In this document: piece after piece, positions 9,391 to 19,300 of the stretch | How positions within the stretch are numbered: the first letter of the stretch is position 1 | How the letters are laid out: each line of letters begins with the position of its first letter | DNA from: Terriglobia bacterium | GTDB lineage: Bacteria; Acidobacteriota; Terriglobia; 2-12-FULL-54-10 | NCBI GenBank assembly: GCA_963666975.2 | Contig: CAXVYR010000004.1 | Coordinates: 1,856,001 to 1,920,000 of the forward strand | DNA: 64,000 nt | Direction: 5' to 3' | Program-made: the position numbers and the translations under genes | The notes under the pieces: model-generated | Database searches by the model: none | What the model saw: only the letters and a program-made list of their open reading frames with translations | Told to the model about the DNA's origin: nothing

Positions 9391-9510
9391 TCAGGGCACG
9401 GTTTCAACTGCCGAACATGCAGTGCAATGAACACGGCTTCAGCCGCTGAGGTAAAAAGCGAACCTTCGATCTGCTCCCTTGGACAAGCCACCTCAGCCGC
9501 TAAGGCGCTT
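9391..9510 (+). repeat. REP-like palindromic repeat, family B (TCAGGGCACGG...GCCG / GGCTTCAGCCGCTGAGG)
   Basis: Related copies at about 21648-21800 and 29418-29490. Internal inverted repeats, all intergenic. Confidence 0.65.
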
Positions 9511-9577
9511 CTTAGCGATGAGTCGCAATGGCACCACCAAAGAATCTGTGCGAAAACTACGGCGAAGGCGAAGCAAT

Positions 9578-9630
9578 CCGAGCCGCGCGCGTTAGCAAGC
9601 GGACCCTTACACCCGTTTTTCAATAAACGC
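9578..9630 (+). repeat. REP-like hairpin family C (CCGAGCCGCGCGCGTTAGCAAGCGG) followed by a TTTTTCAA end motif; uninterrupted copy
   Basis: Related sequences at about 21479-21604, 30457-30505, 35301-35341, 44941-45056 and 48030-48126. Confidence 0.6.
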
Positions 9631-10578
9631 TTACGGGCGTTTGCTTGTTTGGCTGGCTGTGTACCAAAGGCTGGCGAGCATTTCCGCGCCCGCCAGCATC
9701 CTTTCCGAGAGAAACTGCCTGGCTGTGGGCGTTCCGGCGCCGTTGAATGCGCCGCTTTTTTCCAGCTCATAGAGCCTGGGCACTTGCGTGAAGGAACCCC
9801 GCAGATAGGCGATGTAGTCCGAGAACGGGTCGCGCAAAATCCTGGCCCGAACGGTTTGCTCCCTCAGCACCGGCGCCTGTCCGCTGCGATTCAGAAAAGC
9901 ATCTTCCACCTTGGCGTGCACGCCCGGACCGGTGGAATAGCCGTTCGGATTGCCGCCCTCCCATCCGTTGAAGTGCTGCGTTGTGTGCAGAGGTTGCGAG
10001 CCGTCGGCGACGTAATGGCTCAGCCATCCCATATAAAACAAGATGGCCTGTTCGGCCGGCTCTAAGGGCCGCCCGGCGGCCTTTGCGGAACGGTACTGCC
10101 GCCATGCAATTTCCAGACGCCCGTAAATTTCCGCTGTGACGTAAGGCTGCAATCCCACCCGCTCCGGAAACAGTTCGCGTGCTTGGGAGATTTGGCCGCT
10201 TTGCTCCAGCTCCCGGCGGCGCGCGGAAAGCGCGCGGGCAAACTGGTAACGGTCCGGAGGAAAGGCAGAGAGAAAAGAGAGGCTCTCGAACTCAATAAAG
10301 TGGTCCGGAAAATTTGCCGGGCGCAGGGCGGGCTGGTCGCGGTCTCTCCAGCGGTCCGGCTCCTCGGAGAAAAAGGCAAGGACCGCTCCATTTCGCCGGA
10401 TAAAGGCAAGCTCGGGGGTGGAAGGCAGCGAGTTGACGGCCACGTGGGTTACCGTGCTGTGTCCGGCAGGACCCCATGCCATCGCCGGGCAAACCCAGGC
10501 CGGGACCTGCAACAGAGACAACAGCAGCAGAGAAACCAGCCGCTCTGTTCGACAAATCCATTTGGGGAAGGCTGCCAT
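9631..10578 (-). CDS. Secreted S1/P1 nuclease / Zn-dependent phospholipase C-like protein
   Basis: Signal peptide, then WGPAGH, EPDRWR, DHFIE, HYVADGSQPLHTT, GVHAKVE (tri-zinc motifs). ATG at 10578 preferred over the ORF-track start. Confidence 0.85.
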   Translation of the reverse strand: MAAFPKWICRTERLVSLLLLSLLQVPAWVCPAMAWGPAGHSTVTHVAVNSLPSTPELAFIRRNGAVLAFFSEEPDRWRDRDQPALRPANFPDHFIEFESLSFLSAFPPDRYQFARALSARRRELEQSGQISQARELFPERVGLQPYVTAEIYGRLEIAWRQYRSAKAAGRPLEPAEQAILFYMGWLSHYVADGSQPLHTTQHFNGWEGGNPNGYSTGPGVHAKVEDAFLNRSGQAPVLREQTVRARILRDPFSDYIAYLRGSFTQVPRLYELEKSGAFNGAGTPTARQFLSERMLAGAEMLASLWYTASQTSKRP

Positions 10579-10692
10579 CCGGTCAAGAGTACCGGTAAAG
10601 AAGGCAAATCGGAAGCAATTGCGGGAGGGGATTGCTTGCCGGGCTAAGAGGGCCAGCCCTTCGCCACGGGTCGGAAATCGCCCATTGGTGTA

Positions 10693-10722
10693 TTGACAGC
10701 ATATATACGATACGGATATCCT
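10693..10722 (+). promoter_or_regulatory. Sigma70-type promoter for a probably leaderless brnT-antitoxin mRNA
   Basis: TTGACA-N18-TATCCT ending 6 nt before the GTG start at 10729. No RBS. Confidence 0.55.
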
Positions 10723-10728
10723 TAGCGA

Positions 10729-11010
10729 GTGGCAGAAGCCATTGAGTTTGACTGGGACGAGGAGAACGGGAAGCACCTCAAATCCCACCGTGTCTCGCCT
10801 CAGGAATTCGAGCAGGTGATAGCGAATGATCCGCTCGACCTGGAATACCAAGTCGAAAGCGGCGAGCAGCGCTACAAGTCTCTCGGAGTTACAGAAATGG
10901 GGCGCACACTGATCATAGTTTGGACCCTTCGAGAGGGCAAGGTGCGTGCTGTTACAGCCTACCCTGCCGGCAGGTCGTATGAGAAGCTCTATCGGAGTAT
11001 GAGGGGATGA
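10729..11010 (+). CDS. brnT: BrnT-family toxin
   Basis: IEFDWDEENGKHLKSHRVS..EFEQV, GEQRYKSLG.T..GRTLIIVWT.R...VRAVTAY. Confidence 0.88.
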   Translation: MAEAIEFDWDEENGKHLKSHRVSPQEFEQVIANDPLDLEYQVESGEQRYKSLGVTEMGRTLIIVWTLREGKVRAVTAYPAGRSYEKLYRSMRG

Positions 11011-11327
11011 AAGACGCAAGAAAGAAGAGAATCGTTCCGGCGTTTCCGACCGAAGCTCAGGAAGCCGACTGGTGGTTCAAGAATCGGAAGAAGCTGGACA
11101 AGCACTTGGTGGAGACCGCGCGAGCCGGCGAACTGAAAGTGCTGGACCGGAAAACCTTGCTGAGGCGGGTCGCCCGCTCCAAGGCTTCCCGGGTAGTTTC
11201 CATTCGGCTGCCCGAATCCGATCTCGAAGCGGCACGGTTGCAGGCGGCCAAGAAGGGACTTCCTTACCAGACCTATATCAAATCACTCTTACATCAGGCG
11301 CTGGAACAACAGGCCAAGACGCGATGA
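11007..11327 (+). CDS. CopG/BrnA-like ribbon-helix-helix antitoxin
   Basis: PAFPTEAQEADWW and SIRLPESDL...AAKKGLPYQTYIKSLLH. ATGA overlap with brnT. Confidence 0.85.
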   Translation: MKDARKKRIVPAFPTEAQEADWWFKNRKKLDKHLVETARAGELKVLDRKTLLRRVARSKASRVVSIRLPESDLEAARLQAAKKGLPYQTYIKSLLHQALEQQAKTR

Positions 11328-11514
11328 CGTAGGGTATCCGCTGGCGCTGTAGACGACAGGCCTATATCCATCTCCGGCATAAAACGTCGCGGGCTTGGAT
11401 GGCTCCGATCACGGGACGGCTGGTGTGTCGGTTCACGAATCGAGCGGCGGACATTGACACTAGTTGCGAGGGCCGTCTTGGGGCGGTCGTAGGATGCAGT
11501 GTTCTTTTCAGTGC

Positions 11515-11684
11515 TGTGCCCCGTCAGGGCTTGTTGGACAGGTAGAGGGTAATAGTTAAGGTGATGTTTTTGGCTCATCGTAGAGACTGAAAGGAACGAA
11601 GATGAGACAAAAACAAGACGACAGGGGGGCGGTCGAGAAGGCCGTCCGGGAGATCAAACGCAGGACGCGGCGCAGGTTCAGCCC
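11515..11684 (+). mobile_element. 170-bp solo left end of the IS3-family element at 33679-35190
   Basis: Matches the reverse complement of 35021-35190, including the terminal IR TGTGCCCCGTCAGGGCTTGTTGGACA and the start of orfA. Confidence 0.92.
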
Positions 11685-12009
11685 AGCCAACTCTACAGGG
11701 AATTGGGCGTTAATCTGTAGTGGTGAGGTCCAAAACAGAGGGGCAGCCAACGCCGTTGACTAGAACGCTCGCTCCTGCCAACCGGGTAGGGAGCGGAAGC
11801 GTGATTGCAGGTTCTGTGGTGCCGTCGGTCAGAGAAGTCCCGAAGAGGGAAAACATTACACCCGGCGCGAGCACTCCCGGCTGGGCGAAACTGGCCGCAT
11901 TTACCACGCCCCCATCGTTGATCTGCGGCGTCTGCGCAGAAACCTCCGGCACGGCAAGGCTAAGGGAAAGAATTAATGCCAACAGTCTGAGTCGCAACAT
12001 AGGAATCAC
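11685..12009 (-). pseudogene. TIGR03437-type secreted protein, frameshifted and truncated by the IS end
   Basis: Signal peptide, then GGVVNAASF...APG..FSLFG..LPTRLAGASVLVNGV. Continues in another frame near 11750 as AAPLFWTSPLQINAQFPVEL. Confidence 0.78.
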
Positions 12010-12400
12010 CTATGACGAAAAGACCGCCTGATATGGGCATGAACTTTAGTCGATGGGAATTACTCTTTAGGAGGTCTATCCGTGTGGCATTGTACTCCTC
12101 TTGACGTGGTGATCGTTAAGGCAAAATATTGCCCTTGTATTCCTTTGAAATGCAATTGCGTTTGCTACCGCTTCAGCCGCCATCGCCTTTGCGGGTGGCA
12201 CCTCCGCGTTCGATTATGGGAAGGCGAGCTTCCAGACAAGAGACCAGCTAATTGGGAATGAGGTGCAAGGAGAGGATCATTCCCCCGGCTAAGAACAACA
12301 ACGCCACGCCGGAAGCGAAACCGTCGCGGCGTGTTTCTCAAGACGAGTCAGAAACACGCCGCCGGAAAATGCAACAGCCCATCGAAGAGAAGTCCGGGCC

Positions 12401-13033
12401 CTATACTCTGGATTTACTCTCGAACATCTGGGTCCCGAAGTGGTATTCCCTGTTCTCGCTCACCGCCTCTCGGACGTGGGAAAGCACAACGGCCATCTGC
12501 TCCGGCTGCAACTGTCGGAAATAGCCGGCTAATGTCTTCCAGAACGGGTCGCCGGAGGCATCCGAGGAGCCGTTGCCATTGCCGTTCCCCGGCAGCAGCG
12601 CCAGGATGGACACCCCCAAGGCGCCGGCAATGCGTTGCAGCATGGTGGGGCCCGGCAAGAGCCGAGCATTCTCAATCCGGGAAATGTAAGTGCGCGGAAC
12701 GCCCGCCCGCCCGGCCATCTCTTGCTGAGTTAAGTGTTGTTGCTCTCGGAGGTCTCTCAGCTTTCGGCCGATCGTCAGTTCGCGCGCGGTTTTGCCCCGC
12801 GGCAGCATGCCGTCGCGGTGGAGGCTGGTGTCGGAAGAAAGGGGAGCCGTGCCGTTCCCTTTCGCCCGGATCGCGCTGAGCCCTCCGTTTGGTTTGTCAT
12901 CCAACCGGGGCGGCGGCGGCAGGGACATCTCGCATCGCCGGCAAAGGTCCGAAAGCGTTCGGTACTGGACCAGATTGCAGCTATGGCAGCGCAGGACTTC
13001 GCGTGGACGAATATCAGTCGTAGCAGTGCTCAA
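12401..13033 (-). CDS. XRE-family HTH regulator with N-terminal Zn ribbon
   Basis: CHSC...CRRC at the N-terminus. HTH: LRDLREQQHLTQQEMAGRAGVPRTYISRIEN. Confidence 0.85.
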   Translation of the reverse strand: MSTATTDIRPREVLRCHSCNLVQYRTLSDLCRRCEMSLPPPPRLDDKPNGGLSAIRAKGNGTAPLSSDTSLHRDGMLPRGKTARELTIGRKLRDLREQQHLTQQEMAGRAGVPRTYISRIENARLLPGPTMLQRIAGALGVSILALLPGNGNGNGSSDASGDPFWKTLAGYFRQLQPEQMAVVLSHVREAVSENREYHFGTQMFESKSRV

Positions 13034-13108
13034 ATTGAAGTTGAGGAATCGCCACTAGGGGGTGGGTTCAACCGGCTTCGCACTGGAGAACGGTTATTGG
13101 CGACTCCT

Positions 13109-13136
13109 ATTGTGGGTCAATTCTCCGGTGAGTCAA
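13109..13136 (-). promoter_or_regulatory. Putative sigma70 promoter of the XRE gene
   Basis: Minus strand TTGACT-N16-CACAAT about 75 nt upstream of the start. Confidence 0.4.
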
Positions 13137-13973
13137 GTATAAATGTCGGAAATCTTCGAAAAAAACAGGGCAACTATCGTTGTGCGGGCGTTTCGCAGGC
13201 GTTGTGCGGGCGCTGCTCAGCGTCGCTCGCGGCAGAGGAAAGCGGTTCGGAGTGGCTCAGAGAGCCGATGAATAGCTGCGTTGGGGGCATTCCGCGTTTC
13301 TTTTTCGGTACGGGTCCGGTACGGTTCGGTCCGTTCGGAAGGCAGTGACGAATGCAGTGACTGAGGCAGTATCCGATATGGTTCTGAGCGGGCGTGCCAC
13401 GGACCGGCGGTTCGCAAAACCGTAACGGGATAACAGGCGGGGGGAATGTAGTTGCGTTTCCGAACCGGGACGGAGTCATTGTCGCGTTCTCTTTGTAGCA
13501 AGGTGAGCCGCCGCAGAGCAGGTAGCCATCTATAACGACGTCGGCTTTGTCAAAGCAAAGATGTAGGGCACCTCGTCGGGCGAGGTATTTGCTTATCAGA
13601 AATCTATTGCCGTCTCTGACCAAGACTCGCTTCCTGGCAATCGTGCGGTGGAGCGAACTCCACCAACCACCAACCATCTACGCGGTCTTGAACTGCAGAT
13701 CAAGATTGCTATTCCGAACTCCCTTCCCCGGAAGGGAGGCAGGGCACCCAATCCCGGCAATCATGTTCTATATTTCATATTTTCTGTCTTCTGAAAACTG
13801 TATTTATTTGGTAAAACGAGGCCAAAGGAATCCGCAAGATTAAATAACCGCTTTATCTTCTTCACATTGTAGGAGCGCAAGTTTTGGGGCGCAAATTGCT
13901 AAGGAGAACGTGGGCAGGCCAAATTGAAAAGGAATCAGATTTTCCCGTTTCTTTTGGTCGAATCTAGTCAGTC

Positions 13974-14002
13974 GGGGGCGCGGGGTCGCCCCCTTTTTAT
14001 TT
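13974..14002 (+). terminator. Rho-independent terminator-like hairpin
   Basis: GGGGGCG-cggggt-CGCCCCC followed by TTTTTATTT. Confidence 0.6.
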
Positions 14003-14114
14003 CCCATTCCCGCGAAAACCTCTTCTTGCGCCTTGCAGCCCACTAAGTTAGTGTTGTGACCCTGTTGACGGGCACACTGCCGGTTTGCTGCCCGCTGGCG
14101 CAGGGATGAAGAGC

Positions 14115-15074
14115 ATGAGATACGTGACCTTCTCACTTCTAACAGGCTCACTGCAAAAGGACTCGCTGCCAAAGGACCCTGCACATCGCCTCGGCGTGTT
14201 GCGCGACGATCATCTGATGGACCTCCGCCTCCTGGTGGGTAGCCGCTGGGAAGGAGACTTTCCGAAGACTCTGCTCAAGCTGATTGCATCGGGACCGGAG
14301 AATTGGACCAGAATGGCGAAGCAGGTGGAGGAGGCGCTGTCGGGAAAGCCTGCGGCGGGGGCAGCGCATCCGCTGGCCGAGGTCCAACTCCACGCGCCCA
14401 TTCCCCGGCCATCCAAAAACGTCGTTTGCCTCGGCTTGAACTACGCCTCCCACATGGAGGAGACGGCGCGGGCACGGGGGCGGCAGGTGAAGATACCCGA
14501 GGTTCCGGTCTTTTTCACCAAATCGCCCACAGCCGTAAGCGGTCCTTCTGACCCGATTCCCTGGGACCCTGCGGTGACCGGGGAGGTGGATTATGAGGTG
14601 GAGCTGGGCGTGGTCATCGGCAAGACCGGCAAGAACATCCCCCGCGCCAAGGCCTACGAGCATGTCTTCGGCTATACGGTCATCAACGACACCTCGGCGC
14701 GAGACCTCCAGCAAAGGCATTACCAGTGGTTCAAGGGAAAAAGCCTGGACGGGTTTTGTCCGATGGGGCCCTGCCTGGTGACGGCCGATGAGTTCGGCGA
14801 CCCGCACGCAAAGCGAATCTCTCTGCGAGTGAACGGCGTCGTCAAGCAAAGCGCCAGCACCGCAGACATGATCTTTAACGTCCCCGCCATCCTGGAATTT
14901 CTCTCGCGCGGGATGACCCTGGAGGCGGGCGATATTATTTCCACAGGCACCCCGGAAGGCGTGGGCCTGGGCCGCACCCCCCCGGAGTACCTGCAGGACG
15001 GCGACTTGGTGGAATCGGAGGTGGAAGGGATTGGGGTGCTGCGCAACCGTGTGGCGGCCTTGCGGCAATCGTAA
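14115..15074 (+). CDS. Fumarylacetoacetate hydrolase family protein
   Basis: VCLGLNYASH, PVFFTK, DYEVELGVVIG, NDTSARDLQ, WFKGKSLD, GDIISTGTPEGVG. Confidence 0.93.
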   Translation: MRYVTFSLLTGSLQKDSLPKDPAHRLGVLRDDHLMDLRLLVGSRWEGDFPKTLLKLIASGPENWTRMAKQVEEALSGKPAAGAAHPLAEVQLHAPIPRPSKNVVCLGLNYASHMEETARARGRQVKIPEVPVFFTKSPTAVSGPSDPIPWDPAVTGEVDYEVELGVVIGKTGKNIPRAKAYEHVFGYTVINDTSARDLQQRHYQWFKGKSLDGFCPMGPCLVTADEFGDPHAKRISLRVNGVVKQSASTADMIFNVPAILEFLSRGMTLEAGDIISTGTPEGVGLGRTPPEYLQDGDLVESEVEGIGVLRNRVAALRQS

Positions 15075-15591
15075 TGAGGGCATTCGCCAACAGCGAGATA
15101 GAGACTCCGCCGGGCATGGTTTGCCCCATTCCATCGGCCTTGGAAGGCGTTGCGAGGCCGGGGGAAAGGCCCTCCGCTTACCGGAAATGCCTTTCCAACT
15201 TTAGCAAGGGATTAGCCTTTACATTTTGCCTGGCCATGGTCTATCATTATCCGCTTGGATAATTCCAATCTCCCTCTTTACTTTTGCTTGAGATGGTGGT
15301 AGAAAACGTTCCCGGGTTGCGTTTGGGCTGTTCGCAGAAGGACTATCCCCTGATGCGAAGGGTCGGAGTTGCTGTTCCCGGAGTCTTGCTTTGGGAACGA
15401 CGCCCGGGCGTTTGCCGAACATATGGGAGCAAGCTCGTGATTGGGCAGTTGAAGATTAAGCGAAGATTAATAAGATGCCCTGATGGTGGTCGTCTATTTG
15501 GAGAATTGGTCTTGTCGAAGGTAGAATCCCAGCGCCGGACGGCTAACAGGCCGTTTGGGCGCCCACTCCACCCAGGAGGTTGAGGCAAGAA

Positions 15592-16230
15592 ATGGCAAAA
15601 AAACAAAAAGATATGTATCTGGCGAAAGCAATTCTAGGCCTCGTGTTGCTGATGGTCACCGGGGTTGGCCTGTGGTATTGGTCGCTGTTGAGCGAGATGC
15701 GCCAAGCGGCCGACGATTACCGGCAGGGCGACACCGAGACCGCCTTGGGGCAGTACCAAAACGTGGAGCGTAAGGTCCGGGGAGTGGGCATGTTGCGGTT
15801 TATCCCCGCCAGAGACCGTCAAAACCTCATCCTCAATCAGGCCAGACTGCTCTACGACCTGGGCCGCTACGATGAAGCCGCCGAGCAGTTGGAGAAGGAA
15901 AACGAAATTGCCGGCCTGACCACCGACGGCAGGTTCTTCCTGTTGCGCGGCGAGATCTCTTTCCGCAAAGCGGTGTCCGATTACCAGCAGTCGGCGAGAA
16001 AGGATGCCAAGGTGCTGGAAGACGCCTTACGCTCGGCAGAGGATAATCTCCAGGACTCTTTGCGATTGGCCCCCGACGACTGGGATGGCAAGTTTAATTT
16101 TGAATTTATCGATTACGTCCGCCGGATGATGAACGAAAACCAGGACGAAGAGAAAATCAAAATCCTGATGGAGAATGTGCGGGTGAAGCAGACCCAGCCC
16201 AAGGCCCTTACGCCAGACCAGCAAAGCTAG
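15592..16230 (+). CDS. Membrane-anchored TPR protein (MxaK/BatC-like)
   Basis: One N-terminal TM, TPR-like helices, LRLAPDDWDGKFNFE motif. First gene of the MoxR operon. Confidence 0.7.
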   Translation: MAKKQKDMYLAKAILGLVLLMVTGVGLWYWSLLSEMRQAADDYRQGDTETALGQYQNVERKVRGVGMLRFIPARDRQNLILNQARLLYDLGRYDEAAEQLEKENEIAGLTTDGRFFLLRGEISFRKAVSDYQQSARKDAKVLEDALRSAEDNLQDSLRLAPDDWDGKFNFEFIDYVRRMMNENQDEEKIKILMENVRVKQTQPKALTPDQQS

Positions 16231-16327
16231 TTCGCAAAAAAACGTAGCCTGTTTACCCGGAACTTTCCGGGGCAGGAAAGGAGCCTAGCCGTTCCCCCTT
16301 AGGGGGTTTTCGGAGCGATGATTTGTA

Positions 16328-17344
16328 ATGGAATTCGTTGAACCAAGGTATTTTTGGTTGTTGGTGGCGGTTCCCTTCCTCGTGATTTTGTGGGGAGTGG
16401 GATTGTGGCACCACCGGCGGATGCGTTCCCGGTTCGGCAACATCGATAATCTCAATGCCGTCTCCCGGATTTCCTGGTCCGGCCGGGGATGGTTTCGAGG
16501 CGCGCTGTTTACGGCCAGCATCATCGCGATGGTGCTGGGGCTGGCCTATCCCCGGATGGTGTACAGAGAGTTGCGTCCCGTCCCCACGCCTACCGACTTG
16601 GTATTCCTGCTGGACATCTCCCCCTCCATGTACGCGCGGGATATGGACCCCAGCCGCCTGGGACGAGCCGAAAAAATTATCCAGCAATTCATCCTGGCGA
16701 AGGAGCCGCAAGACCGCTACGGCCTGGTGGTGTATAACTGGAACAGCGTGGTGCTGTCCTACCTGACCAGCGATCCGCAAAGTATTCTGATCTATTTCGA
16801 TTATCTCAACCAGCAGGACGAGCCGGAGTTGGGCAGCAACATGGGGGCGGCGCTCACCAGCGGTCTGCGGGTCTTCGATATCGATGAGCAGGTCAATCCC
16901 GGCAACGCGGAAAAGCGCCGGCGCATTCTGGTGCTTCTTTCCGACGGGGACGACAACGCCGGGGAGTTGGCGGAGCCCCTGGCGGAGGTGGCGAAACAGG
17001 AAATCAAGGTCTACACCTTTGGGCTGGGCAGTTCCAACGGTTCTCAGGTGCCCGTGGTGATGTCGGGAGGCGTGCACGGCGAGATCATTAAATACGTCGT
17101 CCGGAGCGAAGGGACGCGTGTCATCAGCCGCGCGGAGGACCGCACGATGCGCGACATCGCGGAGCGAACCGGCGCGCGGTTTTATCGGGGTGAAAACACC
17201 ACGCAGGTGGAACAGGGCATCGACGAAATTTTGGTGAGCGGCAGGCCCGTGGCAGGCTATCAGGCAAATCCGATCCGCAGGGATCTCTACTTCTATTTTC
17301 TGTCGGCTGCCTTCGTATGTCTGGTTGTCGGCATTTTTCTGTAA
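16328..17344 (+). CDS. VWA-domain membrane protein (BatB/MxaL-like)
   Basis: N-terminal F.EP..FWLL TM segment, MIDAS DISPSM, PSRL, LLSDGDD, C-terminal TM. Confidence 0.88.
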   Translation: MEFVEPRYFWLLVAVPFLVILWGVGLWHHRRMRSRFGNIDNLNAVSRISWSGRGWFRGALFTASIIAMVLGLAYPRMVYRELRPVPTPTDLVFLLDISPSMYARDMDPSRLGRAEKIIQQFILAKEPQDRYGLVVYNWNSVVLSYLTSDPQSILIYFDYLNQQDEPELGSNMGAALTSGLRVFDIDEQVNPGNAEKRRRILVLLSDGDDNAGELAEPLAEVAKQEIKVYTFGLGSSNGSQVPVVMSGGVHGEIIKYVVRSEGTRVISRAEDRTMRDIAERTGARFYRGENTTQVEQGIDEILVSGRPVAGYQANPIRRDLYFYFLSAAFVCLVVGIFL

Positions 17345-17380
17345 CGTCTTGTATGAGGCGGGCCTGAAGGAGGAGACGCA

Positions 17381-18397
17381 TTGCAGGCACAATTCCAAAC
17401 ACAGGAACAAGCTTGGGAGGTGATTCACCGGATCGAAGAGCAGGTCCAGAAGGTGATTATCGGCCAGGACGATCTCGTGCGGCGCATTCTGATCGGACTG
17501 TTCGGCCGCATCGCTTACTCCTTCCGGAAAGGAGGAGAAGAGAAGGCCGGCTCCGGCCATATTCTGCTGGAGGGAGTGCCCGGTCTGGCCAAGACCCTTC
17601 TGGTTTCCGCCATCGCCAACACGCTCACCGCCCGTTTTCAGCGCATTCAGTTCACTCCCGACATGCTGCCGGCTGACATCGTGGGCACCCGGATCTTTGA
17701 CGCCAGGTCGGCCGAGTTCCGCACCGAGAAGGGGCCGATCTTCGCTCACATCGTCCTGGCGGACGAAATCAACCGCGCTCCGCAAAAGACCCAGAGCGCG
17801 CTGCTGGAGGCCATGCAGGAGCGTCAGGTGACCATCGGTGAAAACACCTTCGCCCTGGAAGACCCCTTCTGGGTGCTGGCGACGCAGAACCCGGTGGAGC
17901 AGGAGGGCGTGTTTTCCCTGCCCGAGGCGCAGTTGGACCGCTTTGCGATGATGGTCCGCGTGAATTATCCTTCGGCCGAAAGCGAATTCCAGATCCTCCT
18001 GTCCCGCCTGGAAGATACGCAAATCGAGCCGGTGGCCGATCCGCGTGCCGTGGTGGCGATCCGGCAGCAGGTCAGTGCAGTCCATGTGGACGATAAAGTC
18101 CGGCGCTATATTGTCGCCCTGGGACAGGGCACCCGCAACACCCGTCCGGATTGCCTGCCCATCGTCAAGGAGATGGTGCAGCACGGAGCCTCTCCGCGCT
18201 CCTACCAGCACCTGATGGCCATGTCGAAGACGGTCGCCTTCTTCCGCGGGCGGGATTACATCCTGCCCGGAGACGTCAAGTTCATCGCCACCGATGTGCT
18301 GCACCACCGTCTCGTTCGCACGATTCGCGCCGAGGTGGAGAACGTCGGGACGGACGAAATCGTCGCGGAAGTCTTGCGCTACACCCCCATTCCCTGA
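17381..18397 (+). CDS. moxR: MoxR-family AAA+ ATPase
   Basis: HILLEGVPGLAKT, RIQFTPDMLPAD, LADEINRAP.KTQSALLEAMQE, ATQNPVEQEG, GASPR. Confidence 0.95.
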   Translation: MQAQFQTQEQAWEVIHRIEEQVQKVIIGQDDLVRRILIGLFGRIAYSFRKGGEEKAGSGHILLEGVPGLAKTLLVSAIANTLTARFQRIQFTPDMLPADIVGTRIFDARSAEFRTEKGPIFAHIVLADEINRAPQKTQSALLEAMQERQVTIGENTFALEDPFWVLATQNPVEQEGVFSLPEAQLDRFAMMVRVNYPSAESEFQILLSRLEDTQIEPVADPRAVVAIRQQVSAVHVDDKVRRYIVALGQGTRNTRPDCLPIVKEMVQHGASPRSYQHLMAMSKTVAFFRGRDYILPGDVKFIATDVLHHRLVRTIRAEVENVGTDEIVAEVLRYTPIP

Positions 18398-18409
18398 GGA
18401 GTCGGTTGC

Positions 18410-19300
18410 ATGCTGGCGCCGGAACTTGCTGAAGAGTTGCAATATATTGAAATCACCGCATCGCGGCGCATCCGCAGTTTGCGCTTCGGCCAAAGCCGCT
18501 CCCCGGTGCGCGGCTCCGGCTACGAATTTGAGAACCACCGCAAATACGTCGTCGGCGATGACTTGCGGAGAGTGGATTGGAACGTCTCGGCCCGGATGCA
18601 GGAACTCTATCTGAAACGCCACTTCGAGGAAAAAGAAGTGACGGTGTTTCTGATGGCCGATGTTTCCGGGTCCATGAAGTTTTCCACCGCTCTCTACTCC
18701 AAGCGGACCCGGATGTTGCAAATTGCGGCGACCCTGGGATTTTCGGCTGTCAGCGACAGTTGCAACTTCGGCTTTATGGCCTTCAGCGACAAGGTGGAGG
18801 CCTACGAACCTCCCCGCAAGGGGCGGGGGCACGTCTGGCGGACGATTGAGCGTCTCTATCATTTGAAGCCCGAGCGGACGGGAACGGCCTGGGAACCGGC
18901 GCTGCGTTTTTTGCGGAGCCGCCTGCGGCGCATGTCGATTGTTTTCCTGCTCTCGGATTTTATTACCCACCCGGAGTCGGCCCATCTGGGCCAGATGCCG
19001 GACTTGAAGGTGCTCGCGCAGAAGCACGATGTGGTCCCGATTGTGTTCCAGGACCAACTGGAAAGAAGCCTTCCGGCTGGCCGCGGTTTATTGCGTTTTC
19101 GTTCTGCGGAAGGCCGCCAAGAGATGCTTCTCAGCCTCTCTTCCACCCAGCGGAGAACCTTTGAAGCCTTGGTGGAGGAAAGGAAAGCCTCTTTGCGGGA
19201 TCTTTTTTATTCACTCGGAATGGAGTGCCTGTTCCTGCACATCGAAGAACCGTTTATGGATCCACTGATGGCGCTCTTTGCAAGGCGGAGGAAGATATGA
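18410..19300 (+). CDS. DUF58-domain protein (MxaS-like)
   Basis: GSGYEFENHRKYVVGDDLRRVDWNVSAR, DVSGSM, LLSDF. Confidence 0.92.
   Translation: MLAPELAEELQYIEITASRRIRSLRFGQSRSPVRGSGYEFENHRKYVVGDDLRRVDWNVSARMQELYLKRHFEEKEVTVFLMADVSGSMKFSTALYSKRTRMLQIAATLGFSAVSDSCNFGFMAFSDKVEAYEPPRKGRGHVWRTIERLYHLKPERTGTAWEPALRFLRSRLRRMSIVFLLSDFITHPESAHLGQMPDLKVLAQKHDVVPIVFQDQLERSLPAGRGLLRFRSAEGRQEMLLSLSSTQRRTFEALVEERKASLRDLFYSLGMECLFLHIEEPFMDPLMALFARRRKI

Noticed and set aside
10579-11019. N-terminal extension of the nuclease ORF given by the ORF track
   Set aside because: It overlaps brnT antisense. The signal peptide begins at ATG 10578.
16253-19057. 934-aa minus-strand ORF and other long antisense ORFs (e.g. 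2783-3880, 30423-31628, 45905-47401, 57872-59164)
   Set aside because: They are shadows of well-supported genes on the opposite strand in GC-rich DNA and have no recognisable motifs.
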